Assembly: GCA_963700635.1 (NCBI GenBank)
Contig: CAVOYH010000004.1
Coordinates: 672,001 to 736,000 of the forward strand
Direction: 5' to 3'
Length of the DNA: 64,000 bases
Source of the DNA: an uncultured Bacteroidota bacterium
Lineage (GTDB): Bacteria > Bacteroidota > Ignavibacteria > UBA10030 > UBA6906
Made by a program: the position numbers and the translations under genes. Shown here piece after piece: positions 18,405-27,490 of this stretch. Numbering within the stretch: the stretch's first letter is position 1; each line of letters starts with the position of its first letter. The notes beneath the pieces are model-generated. The model was given only the letters and a program-made list of their open reading frames with translations, searched no databases and was not told the DNA's origin.

Positions 18405-19381
18405 ACCGGCCGCCATTTTTTGTTCCCGTTGTGTATGAGCATGCTGCGCAACTTATCGGCAAGCGTCCGTGGGAAGTTTCCCGCGACGTTGACCTCCTTG
18501 TTGCAGCACACAGCGCGGCCTACACCCGGTACCATCACTCGCCGGTGATTGCGGGCATCGACGTGTACAATGTTGAAGCGGAAGCGTATGGTTCTGTCCT
18601 GGGTGACGCCGGCGGATTGTCTATCCCCTCGGTCGTCCGGTACGCCTGTTCCCGGGTCGGCGAAATTCTCGATCTTCCGCCCCCGGAGGTCCGCACCGGC
18701 GGACGATTCCCCAAAATTTTCGAGGCCGCACGCAGACTGCAGGATCGGTTTCCCACGACCAAGGTACGCGTCCCCCTGAGCGGTCCGTTCTCGATCGCGA
18801 GTAATCTTGTCGGTTTTGAAGAGCTGTTGTACGGGGTGATTGGTGAACCCGATCTCGTCAGCGAGGTACTGCTCCATCTTGCCCGGCACCAGGGTATCGT
18901 GGTCGGCGAGGCAAACGCAATGGGATTGGATGTTATTGTGTTTGAATCAGCGGCGACGCCTCCGCTCCTTTCCCCTTCGGCGTTCCGGGCGGTAGAACTT
19001 CCTGCGCTCCAGGTGCTGGCTGATGCCCACCGGTCTACCGCCGGCACGGGATTTCACCTGGTGGTCGGAGGAAATACGGTGTCTATTCTGGACAGTCTTG
19101 TCGGGCTTCAGCCGGCACTCCTGCTCTGTCCGTCTGAAACAGACCAGAAAACATTTATGGAACAGATGCGGCTTCATCCGGAAATCACCGTGCGGATCAA
19201 CATTTCGCCGATCGTGTTCACCGCCGCGGGGGAGAGTAGTGCATTCGTGGAAGCGGACAGCGCGCTTGCGCTTGCCGCCGGCCGCGAGAACGTGAATATC
19301 GGAACCGGCGTGCTTCCGTATGACGCTGATCCGGAAATTGTCTTACGCATTCAGTCTTATATCGAGGGGCACCGACAATGA
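18401..19381 (+). CDS. Divergent URO-D-superfamily protein
   Basis: YNVEAEAYG, GRFP, SGPFSIA..L.GFE, SP..LSP.AF; the canonical HxC ligand motif is absent. Confidence 0.8.
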   Translation: MNRPPFFVPVVYEHAAQLIGKRPWEVSRDVDLLVAAHSAAYTRYHHSPVIAGIDVYNVEAEAYGSVLGDAGGLSIPSVVRYACSRVGEILDLPPPEVRTGGRFPKIFEAARRLQDRFPTTKVRVPLSGPFSIASNLVGFEELLYGVIGEPDLVSEVLLHLARHQGIVVGEANAMGLDVIVFESAATPPLLSPSAFRAVELPALQVLADAHRSTAGTGFHLVVGGNTVSILDSLVGLQPALLLCPSETDQKTFMEQMRLHPEITVRINISPIVFTAAGESSAFVEADSALALAAGRENVNIGTGVLPYDADPEIVLRIQSYIEGHRQ

Positions 19382-19701
19382 AACGGTATGGGATGATCAT
19401 CCGGGTGAAGGCGGGACAGCTTGAAGAATATCGCCGCCTTCACGCGGCAGTGTGGCCGGACGTCATTGCGACGATCACCGCGTGTAACATCCGCAACTAC
19501 TCGATCTTTCTCAGGGACAACACCCTGTTCAGCTACTTCGAGTACGTGGGAGTGGATTTTGCGGCGGACATGAAACGGATGGCTGACGATCCGGCGACCC
19601 AGCGGTGGTGGGACCTCACCAAACCATGTCAGGAACCGGTCCCCGGCGCACAACAGGGGGAATGGTGGGCGCCAATGGAAGAAGTTTTTCACTGTGTGTA
19701 G
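19378..19701 (+). CDS. rhaM: L-rhamnose mutarotase family protein
   Basis: EEYRRLHAAVWPDV, IRNYSIF, LFSYFEY, TQRWW, MEEVFH. Confidence 0.88.
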   Translation: MKRYGMIIRVKAGQLEEYRRLHAAVWPDVIATITACNIRNYSIFLRDNTLFSYFEYVGVDFAADMKRMADDPATQRWWDLTKPCQEPVPGAQQGEWWAPMEEVFHCV

Positions 19702-19762
19702 TCCGGACAGGGTGTGCGTGAGCATGTGCTCAGCAGACACCCTTCGTCCGCCTTTGTCCGGA
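19702..19762. repeat. Nested intergenic hairpin
   Basis: Paired arms TCCGGACA/TGTCCGGA, GGGTGT/ACACCC and TGAGCA/TGCTCA. Confidence 0.6.
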
Positions 19763-19805
19763 TGTGCGCACACGCGTTAGGTCACACGCATCAAAGGAGT
19801 TCCTC

Positions 19806-22049
19806 ATGAACATCCGCGTCTGTATTCTGTGCTTCTGCCTCTGTTCAGCGCCGGGCGCCGGGGCGACGGAGTTTTTTGTCTCACTGAGCGGTTCCGACAG
19901 GAACCCGGGAACACTCGAGCAACCGTTCCGGACGCTTGAGGGCGCGCGGGATGCCCTGCGTGCGCACGCCCGGAAAGGGGGCCTTCCCCCGGATGGCGCC
20001 ACGATTACGGTCCGGGGCGGTACGTACATGCTGTCAAAGACTTTTATGCTCGAGAAACAGGATGGCGGTACCTCCGATCAGCCCGTGCGGTATCGTGCCG
20101 CCGTGGGAGAGCAGGTCAGAATTATCGGCGGAAAGGATCTTCCTCTTGATACGTTCCGCCCGGTCTCTGATTCCCGCGTCCTCGCCCGAATCAGACCTGA
20201 AGCCAGAACGCACGTTCTGGAATGTGACCTCCGCACCCACGGCATACAGAACTTCGGCACGCACCGTCAGGCTGGACACGGACACCCCGTGCAGCCCGCA
20301 CCGCTTGAACTGTTCTTCAATGATACGCCGATGCCGCTGGCACACTACCCTGACACCGGGGAGATCATGATCGGTGAGATCATTGATCCCGGGTCGATCC
20401 CGAGAATTGGTGACTACGTCAACATCCGCGGGGGGACGTTTGTGTACACGGATCCGCGGCATGCAGACTGGCTCGCAGCGGAGGAGATCTGGTTCCAGGG
20501 TTATTTTAAGTGGGGATTCGCGGATGACAAGATCCGTGTCGCATCCATCGACACAACCCGCAAGAGAGTGACCTTTGCATCGCCGCACATGTACGGTCTC
20601 GGAACCGGTGAGCCGTTTAATGGCTATATCGCACTCAATCTCCTGGAAGAACTTACCATGCCGGGAGAGTGGTATCTGGATCGCACGCGGGGGATGCTCT
20701 ACTTCTGGCCGCCGACAGATGTCCAGACACCGTATGCCTCGGTGTCACTTCTTGAGGACCCGCTGATTGCCCTTGAGGACGTGTCGTTTCTGTCGCTCGA
20801 GGGGTTTACCCTGGAACTCGGACGCAGCATGGGTGTCGTCATCGAGGCTGGAAGCCACGTAACCATCGCAGGATGCACGGTGCGGAACATGGGAACCAGC
20901 GGAATCTTTTTCGGACAGGGAGCGGTACAGACGTTCCCCCATCTCACCGCTGACGATTACGAAGGAGTTCCGGCTTCACGCACGATGGGCGCGTTCCAGA
21001 TGCACTACTACAAGTACACGACATGGGATCGTAAGGCGGGATCCCACCATCGCGTGCTCTCCTGTGATGTGTACAACATGGGTGCGGGGGGGATTACACT
21101 CGGCGGGGGCAGCAAAAAGGACCTTGTCCCCGGCGGGTCGTCGGTCGAAAACTGCCGGGTCTACAATTATAACCGCCACCACAAGGCACAGTGGGCGGGC
21201 ATCAATGTGGACGGCTGCGGCAATCTGGTGGCACACAACGAAGTGTTTCGCGCAGACCTGCAGGCCATGTTTGTCAGGGGCAACGACCACATCTTCGAAT
21301 ACAACCACGTGCACCACGTCGCACAGAATTCCAACGACGCCTCCGCCTGGTATCTCGGCAGGGATCCCAGCGACCAGGGGAACGTGGTGCGCTACAACTT
21401 CTTTCATCATGTCGGACGCGCCGACCGCAAATGGATGATGGGCGTCTATTGCGACGACGCGACGTGTAATGTCCTGATCGAAGGGAACGTGTTCTATAAG
21501 GCGGCATCATATGGCACAGTCTACAGTAACGGCGGACACGACATCGTGGTGCTGAACAATATCTTTGTCGAGGGGTATGGCCCGGTGTTCCAGCTAAAAT
21601 CCATGTGGTACGATTTCGGAATGTTCCAGCTTCCATACTTCTTTGGTCCGGAGGGAGTGTACCGCCGTCGCCTGACAAGGGACATAGACATCCGGAAACC
21701 TCCCTACAGCGTCCGCTATCCGGGCCTCACCGATTGGTTCGACCTTCTGCCCGACAGTACCACGTACGTGGGGATGCGACCGCGGCGCAACAGATTCGAG
21801 CGAAATCTGATTGTGGGATATGAAGAGTCATACCGGCTGGTGGGAGAGTATGCGCAATGCGAATTTAAGGACAACCTGATGACCCAGACCGACCCCGGTT
21901 TTGTGGATGCTTCCCGGCTGGACTTCCGTCTTCGTGACGGAGCCGAGGTGTACACCCGGATCCCGGGGTTCAAGCCGATTCCATTCGATACAATCGGATT
22001 GTACCTGGATCAATACAGACGAACGTTGCCGGCGGCGATGACGCACTAA
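19806..22049 (+). CDS. Secreted right-handed parallel beta-helix glycan-degrading enzyme (GH141-like or PL-like)
   Basis: Signal peptide; FFVSLSGSDRNPGTLEQPFRTL; PGEWYLD; repeated N/G beta-helix rungs; GVYCDD; AAGGAG RBS before the ATG at 19806. Confidence 0.82.
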   Translation: MNIRVCILCFCLCSAPGAGATEFFVSLSGSDRNPGTLEQPFRTLEGARDALRAHARKGGLPPDGATITVRGGTYMLSKTFMLEKQDGGTSDQPVRYRAAVGEQVRIIGGKDLPLDTFRPVSDSRVLARIRPEARTHVLECDLRTHGIQNFGTHRQAGHGHPVQPAPLELFFNDTPMPLAHYPDTGEIMIGEIIDPGSIPRIGDYVNIRGGTFVYTDPRHADWLAAEEIWFQGYFKWGFADDKIRVASIDTTRKRVTFASPHMYGLGTGEPFNGYIALNLLEELTMPGEWYLDRTRGMLYFWPPTDVQTPYASVSLLEDPLIALEDVSFLSLEGFTLELGRSMGVVIEAGSHVTIAGCTVRNMGTSGIFFGQGAVQTFPHLTADDYEGVPASRTMGAFQMHYYKYTTWDRKAGSHHRVLSCDVYNMGAGGITLGGGSKKDLVPGGSSVENCRVYNYNRHHKAQWAGINVDGCGNLVAHNEVFRADLQAMFVRGNDHIFEYNHVHHVAQNSNDASAWYLGRDPSDQGNVVRYNFFHHVGRADRKWMMGVYCDDATCNVLIEGNVFYKAASYGTVYSNGGHDIVVLNNIFVEGYGPVFQLKSMWYDFGMFQLPYFFGPEGVYRRRLTRDIDIRKPPYSVRYPGLTDWFDLLPDSTTYVGMRPRRNRFERNLIVGYEESYRLVGEYAQCEFKDNLMTQTDPGFVDASRLDFRLRDGAEVYTRIPGFKPIPFDTIGLYLDQYRRTLPAAMTH

Positions 22050-22104
22050 TCCCGGTTTCGTTCGATATGTGGTGCTGAGTGGCGGCGGAAAGGACTGCAA
22101 GACC

Positions 22105-24372
22105 ATGGTCGATCTCGAACAACTTCTTGCCCGGGAGCTTGCAATAGAGCTCGTGCAGGTCCGGAATGCTCTGCAATTGCAGCAGGAGGGGGGGACTGTG
22201 CCGTTTATCGCCCGCTACCGGAAAGAGCGGACCGGGGAGATGGACGAAGTGCAGCTGCACGCGTTGTTCGACCGGTACGCGTATCTGACCGACCTGGAAC
22301 AGCGAAAAGTTGCGATTCTGGACTCTATTGACAAACAGGGCAAGCTGACCGACGAACTGCGAAGCCGGGTTGAAGCCTGTGCGCAGAAGACCGAGCTGGA
22401 GGATCTCTACCTTCCGTACCGCCCCAGGAAGCGTACCCGTGCGACGGTGGCAAAAGAAAAGGGTCTCGAGCCGCTGGCCGAGCTCATCCGGGCTGCGAAT
22501 GCCCCTTCGGTCACGGCATTCGACCTTATTGCAGCCGCGATACCCTTTGTGTCCGATGAAAAGAACGTCCCCACACCCGACGAGGCTCTGGCTGGAGCAG
22601 CCGATATTCTTGCCGAGGAAATCGCCGAGAACGCAGAGTACCGTGGCCACCTGCGGGGATATCTGTTTGATCATGGGGTCTTCACCTCTGATGTAAAGCC
22701 GGATTTCCCCGCGGGGAGTACAAAATTCGAGATGTACCGCGGTTTCAAGGTGAATGCCCGCGAGATCCACCCGCACAATATGCTGGCATTGCTGCGGGGG
22801 GAGAAGGAAAACTTCCTCACGTTTGATCTGGTGTTTGATGAAGAGGCCGTGCTTGTGTACCTGCGCGATGCTGTCACGTCTTCTGGTGCACCTTCCGTGC
22901 GGTCGTTTTACGAAATGCTGGCGCGTGATGCGTTCGACCGGCTTATGCGCGCTTCGCTTGTCGGAGAGGTCAGGGCTTTGTGCAAGGAAGCGGCAGACCG
23001 GGAATCGATTACGACGTTTGAAGCAAATTTGCGCCAGCTGCTGCTCTCGCCACCGGCCGGGATGAAGCCGACCATCGGCGTAGATCCCGGCTTACGCACC
23101 GGATGCAAGGTCGTGGTTCTGGATGCCACAGGGAAGCTCCTGGAACATGCCACAATCTATCCGCACAGATCGCCGGCTGAACGGACCGCAGCCGCACAAA
23201 CGTTGATCACTCTGATGCAAACTTCCGGCGCCGACCTGATTGCAATCGGAAATGGAACCGGAGGCAGGGAGACGGAATCTTTTGTCGCAGAAGTGGTGGC
23301 TTCGCTAGAACGGAAGCCGGTGCGTGTGATGGTCAACGAAGCGGGTGCGTCGGTCTATTCCGCAAGCACCCTCGCCCGCGAAGAGTTCCCCGATCTGGAT
23401 GTCACTGTACGCGGCGCGGTGAGCATCGGGCGCCGTCTTCAGGACCCGCTTTCCGAGCTTGTAAAGATCGACCCGAAATCGATCGGTGTCGGACAGTACC
23501 AGCACGACGTGGACCAGAAACAATTGCGAAAACGTCTGCAGGAAACCGTGGAAAGCTGCGTGAACTTTGTCGGCGTGGACGTGAATACGGCGTCGCGGGA
23601 GCTTCTGAAATATGTCGCCGGGGTGAACTCCGCCACCGCGAAAAATGTCGTCACCTACCGGAACGAACACGGCCCCTACAAGAGCCGCGAGGATCTCCGT
23701 CAGGTTCCGAAATTCGGATCAAAAACATTCGAACAAGCAGCCGGCTTTCTGCGTATCCGGGACGCCGCCAATCCGCTTGATAACTCGGCCGTCCACCCGG
23801 AAAGTTACACGATCGCGGAAAAAATTCTGGCAGACCTCGGGTCCACAGTCCAGACACTGACCCTCGAACCGGATCGTCTGCTGAACGTGAAGGTATCGGA
23901 CTACGTCACGGACAAGGCAGGGGAGCCGACGGTTCGTGATATCCTCAATGAGCTCAAGAAACCAGGGCGTGATCCCAGGGCCGAATTCCGTTATGCGACG
24001 TTCAAAGACGGCATCAAAGAGATCAAGGACCTCGCTCCGGGTATGGAGCTGGAGGGGGTCATCACGAATGTCACGAATTTCGGAGCATTTGTGGATGTTG
24101 GCGTGCATCAGGATGGTCTTGTTCACGTGTCGCAGATTGCCGACAGGTTCGTCCAGGATCCCAAGACGATTGTACATGTCGGGGAAGTTGTCACGGTCCG
24201 CGTGCTTGAGGTAAATTCTCAACTGAAGCGGATCAGTCTGACGATGAAGCGGGGAGGCGAGAAGCACCCGAAGCGCGCGAAGTCGCGTCACCCCGGAAAA
24301 AAAGCAAAGCCCGAGGATACGCACCCCAAGTTTACCGTCGATGACCTGAAGAAAAAATTTAACAACCGGTAG
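22105..24372 (+). CDS. tex: Tex RNA-binding transcription accessory protein
   Basis: TVPFIARYRKE, DPGLRTGCK, IAIGNGT, IGVGQYQHDV; C-terminal S1 domain. Confidence 0.96.
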   Translation: MVDLEQLLARELAIELVQVRNALQLQQEGGTVPFIARYRKERTGEMDEVQLHALFDRYAYLTDLEQRKVAILDSIDKQGKLTDELRSRVEACAQKTELEDLYLPYRPRKRTRATVAKEKGLEPLAELIRAANAPSVTAFDLIAAAIPFVSDEKNVPTPDEALAGAADILAEEIAENAEYRGHLRGYLFDHGVFTSDVKPDFPAGSTKFEMYRGFKVNAREIHPHNMLALLRGEKENFLTFDLVFDEEAVLVYLRDAVTSSGAPSVRSFYEMLARDAFDRLMRASLVGEVRALCKEAADRESITTFEANLRQLLLSPPAGMKPTIGVDPGLRTGCKVVVLDATGKLLEHATIYPHRSPAERTAAAQTLITLMQTSGADLIAIGNGTGGRETESFVAEVVASLERKPVRVMVNEAGASVYSASTLAREEFPDLDVTVRGAVSIGRRLQDPLSELVKIDPKSIGVGQYQHDVDQKQLRKRLQETVESCVNFVGVDVNTASRELLKYVAGVNSATAKNVVTYRNEHGPYKSREDLRQVPKFGSKTFEQAAGFLRIRDAANPLDNSAVHPESYTIAEKILADLGSTVQTLTLEPDRLLNVKVSDYVTDKAGEPTVRDILNELKKPGRDPRAEFRYATFKDGIKEIKDLAPGMELEGVITNVTNFGAFVDVGVHQDGLVHVSQIADRFVQDPKTIVHVGEVVTVRVLEVNSQLKRISLTMKRGGEKHPKRAKSRHPGKKAKPEDTHPKFTVDDLKKKFNNR

Positions 24373-24482
24373 AGAAGGGAGATACAGAATGAACGTTTCA
24401 ACAAGGGAAGGTTTCGTCAGCGCTCCGGATTGCGCGTGGGTTGTCGCAGGCGAAGGTATCCGGATGGATGTCCACATTCCAG

Positions 24483-24504
24483 CCCGTGAAGATTGTTTCA
24501 CGGG
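24483..24504. promoter_or_regulatory. Palindrome next to the kduD RBS (candidate operator or RBS-proximal hairpin)
   Basis: CCCGTGAA-GATTGT-TTCACGGG immediately 5' of GGGGAG. Confidence 0.45.
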
Positions 24505-24518
24505 GGGGAGCTGATCTC

Positions 24519-25274
24519 ATGAATCCACTCTTTGACCTTACAGGAAGTGTGGCATTAATCACCGGAGCCGGAACGGGACTCGGGGCTGGAATGGCGAAAG
24601 GCCTCGCGGGTGCAGGTGCGGATGTTATTCTTGTCGACCGCATGGATCCGGATGAGACAGCCGAACCAATCCGCGGAATGGGACAAAAGGTTCTTTCGCT
24701 GACCGCGGACCTGTCCGGCCTGCCGGCGATGCACGAGGTCGTCCGGAAAGGCCTGGAAGCGTTCGGGCACATCGACATTCTCATCAACAACGCCGGCATC
24801 ATCCGGCGTACGCCCGCCATCGATTTTTCGGAGACAGACTGGGATGAGGTGATGGCGATTAACGCCAAGACAGTTTTCTTTATGAGCCAGGCGGTCGCCC
24901 GGGACATGATCCAACGCGGGTCGGGGAAGATCATCAATATTGCATCGCTGCTGAGTTTCAGCGGGGGTATTACCGTCCCGTCGTATGCGGCGAGCAAAGG
25001 CGCAGTAACACAAATCACGAAAGCGCTGGCCAATGAATGGGCGCACTACGGTCTCAACATCAATGCGATCGCCCCGGGGTACATGGTCACAAACAATACG
25101 GCGAACCTGCGGAAGGATGCGGAACGCACACGGTCGATTTCAGAGCGAATCCCCGCAGGCCGTTGGGGTATGCCTGAAGATTTGCAGGGGGCTGCCATCT
25201 TTCTTGCATCGAAGGCATCGGACTATGTGAACGGGCATGTATTACTCGTTGACGGGGGATGGATGGCGCGGTAA
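24519..25274 (+). CDS. kduD: 2-dehydro-3-deoxy-D-gluconate 5-dehydrogenase
   Basis: SDR motifs TGAGTGLG, NNAGIIRR and YAASK; ASLLSFSGGITVPSY; RIPAGRWG. Confidence 0.93.
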   Translation: MNPLFDLTGSVALITGAGTGLGAGMAKGLAGAGADVILVDRMDPDETAEPIRGMGQKVLSLTADLSGLPAMHEVVRKGLEAFGHIDILINNAGIIRRTPAIDFSETDWDEVMAINAKTVFFMSQAVARDMIQRGSGKIINIASLLSFSGGITVPSYAASKGAVTQITKALANEWAHYGLNINAIAPGYMVTNNTANLRKDAERTRSISERIPAGRWGMPEDLQGAAIFLASKASDYVNGHVLLVDGGWMAR

Positions 25275-25319
25275 GAACTCACGAACATGTCATGGACGCA
25301 TTCAGAAGGATTACACGGT

Positions 25320-26279
25320 ATGCATGAAACACTTCGCACGCTCGGTCTCAACGGCATTATCCCGGTTGTTGCCATCGACAACGCCGCCCATGCGGTTCCG
25401 CTCGCCCGGGCCCTGGAAAAAGGGGGCCTCCCCTGCATCGAGATAACCTTCCGGACCGCCGCCGCCGCTGATGCGATCGCGGCCATAGCGCGCGATTGTC
25501 CGACAATGCTCGCAGGCGCGGGAACAGTGTTAACCGTCGATCAGGTTAAGGCGGCTCGTGACAACGGTGCCCGGTTTATCGTGGCGCCCGGACTGAACCG
25601 CAAGGTTGTCGAATATTGTCTTTCGATCGGTCTTCCGGTTACACCCGGCGTGGCGACGCCTACGGATGTCGAAGCAGCGCTGGACATGGGGCTCGAAGTG
25701 GTGAAGTTCTTTCCGGCTGAGGCCGCGGGGGGCATAAAATTTCTCACCGCGATGAGCGCACCGTACCGGCAAATCCGTTTTATCCCCACCGGCGGTATCG
25801 ACGAAAACAACCTGCTGTCATACCTCCGTCTGCCGCGCGTCCATGCGTGCGGGGGAAGCTGGATGGTGAAACCGGAGATGATCAATGCCGGCCGGTTTGA
25901 TGAGATTACAGCGATCACCACCAAAGCCGTCAACACCCTACTCGGACTTGAAGTGCGGCATGTGGGGATCAATTGCGGCGACGGCGAAACAGCCACGGCG
26001 CAGGCAACACTGCTCGCCGATCTTCTGCGGGCCCCTGTTCGCTCGGGGAATTCATCCATTTTTGTCGGGACGGGATTGGAGTTTATCAAGAACAAAGGTC
26101 GGGGTGACCACGGGCATCTGGCGATTGGCACCAATTTTATCGAACGTGCTGTGGTGTATCTGGAACGCCGGGGTGCGCGCGTGATCCCGGATACCAGGGC
26201 GGAGAAAGACGGCCGGTTGCACACGGTTTATCTTGATCTTGATGTCGCCGGTTTTGCGCTGCACCTCATACAAATTTAA
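25320..26279 (+). CDS. eda: KDPG/KHG aldolase with a C-terminal VOC/glyoxalase-like extension
   Basis: EITFRT, GAGTVL, KFFPAEAAGG, PTGG, GGSW, followed by about 110 extra aa (VRHVGINC..GHLAIGTN..GFALHL). Confidence 0.93.
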   Translation: MHETLRTLGLNGIIPVVAIDNAAHAVPLARALEKGGLPCIEITFRTAAAADAIAAIARDCPTMLAGAGTVLTVDQVKAARDNGARFIVAPGLNRKVVEYCLSIGLPVTPGVATPTDVEAALDMGLEVVKFFPAEAAGGIKFLTAMSAPYRQIRFIPTGGIDENNLLSYLRLPRVHACGGSWMVKPEMINAGRFDEITAITTKAVNTLLGLEVRHVGINCGDGETATAQATLLADLLRAPVRSGNSSIFVGTGLEFIKNKGRGDHGHLAIGTNFIERAVVYLERRGARVIPDTRAEKDGRLHTVYLDLDVAGFALHLIQI

Positions 26280-26304
26280 GACGTCCGGAAAGGCCGTGGA
26301 AGTG

Positions 26305-27480
26305 ATGCGCTCATTCTTGCTGATTGCCCTTGTGATAGTCCTGGCCGTCCCGGGTCGTTCTGAAACGGATCCGCTGGCGACACGTGTGCGCCACTCCCTG
26401 GCGTATGCACAACAACAGTACCTGCACACTCTCGCCGAACTCAAGGATACAATTGTCTATCCCCGGTCGTCACCATTGGCCGGCGGCTGGAAGCATGTGG
26501 AGGGGGATGATTGGACAAGCGGTTTTTTTCCGGGAACACTCTGGTACCTCGCAGAATGGTCCGGGGACAGCACCCTCAGGGCTGCTGCAATCCGTTTTAC
26601 GGACGGCCTTGAATCCCAGCAATACAACTCCGGGACTCACGACGTGGGATTTATGATGTACTGCAGCTACGGAAACGGATACCGGATATCCCCATCCCGG
26701 CACTACAAAGACGTGCTCCTGCAGTCGGCAAAAACACTGGCCGGGCGGTTCCGCCCCGAGGTGGGATGTATCAAGTCGTGGGACTGGAGCCCGGACTGGG
26801 GATTTCCCGTCATCGTAGACAATATGATGAACCTGGAGCTGCTCTTCTGGGCTTCGAAGAATGGAGGTGGAGACACCCTGCGGTCGCTGGCAATACGGCA
26901 CGCCGAGACGACACTGAAGCATCACTTCAGGCCTGACGGGGGGACATACCACGTGGTGGATTTTGACACGCTTTCGGGGAGAGTCATCCGCAAACAAACA
27001 CACCAGGGGTTTTCCGATGAATCCGTCTGGGCGCGGGGGCAAGCCTGGGCGCTGTACGGATTTACCATGACGTATCGCGAGACACGCGACAGGAGGTTTC
27101 TTGATGCAGCCGTGCGCGCGGCGGACTTTTTTCTGAGCCATCTCCCCCCCGATCATATTCCGTACTGGGACTTTAACGCACCGGACATCCCCCATGCCGC
27201 GAAAGATGCCTCCGCCGCTGCGATTGCAGCATCCGGCCTCCTGGAACTGGCCGGGTTTGTGACCGGACAGGCACAACGTGATGCGTATACGGAAGGGGCT
27301 GCGGCGATTCTTACATCCCTGACCGCCTCGCCATATCTGTCTGAAGGCTCCCCGTCTGAGGGAGTCCTCAATCACTGCACCGGAAATCACCCCGGCGGAC
27401 TTGAAATCGATGTTTCTCTCATCTATGCCGATTATTACGTAGTCGAGGCGATGCTCCGCTATCTTCATCGGCTTAACTGA
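26305..27480 (+). CDS. GH88 unsaturated glucuronyl hydrolase
   Basis: WTSGFFPG, THDVGF, VIVDNMMNLE, WARGQAW, DASAAAI, YADYY; signal peptide. Confidence 0.93.
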   Translation: MRSFLLIALVIVLAVPGRSETDPLATRVRHSLAYAQQQYLHTLAELKDTIVYPRSSPLAGGWKHVEGDDWTSGFFPGTLWYLAEWSGDSTLRAAAIRFTDGLESQQYNSGTHDVGFMMYCSYGNGYRISPSRHYKDVLLQSAKTLAGRFRPEVGCIKSWDWSPDWGFPVIVDNMMNLELLFWASKNGGGDTLRSLAIRHAETTLKHHFRPDGGTYHVVDFDTLSGRVIRKQTHQGFSDESVWARGQAWALYGFTMTYRETRDRRFLDAAVRAADFFLSHLPPDHIPYWDFNAPDIPHAAKDASAAAIAASGLLELAGFVTGQAQRDAYTEGAAAILTSLTASPYLSEGSPSEGVLNHCTGNHPGGLEIDVSLIYADYYVVEAMLRYLHRLN

Positions 27481-27490
27481 ACCGGACTCC

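Noticed and set aside
16420-19381. Calling the URO-D-like genes hemE or a methanogenesis/acetogenesis methyltransferase system
   Set aside because: The HemE RQAGR motif is absent, and no corrinoid or tetrapyrrole genes are nearby.
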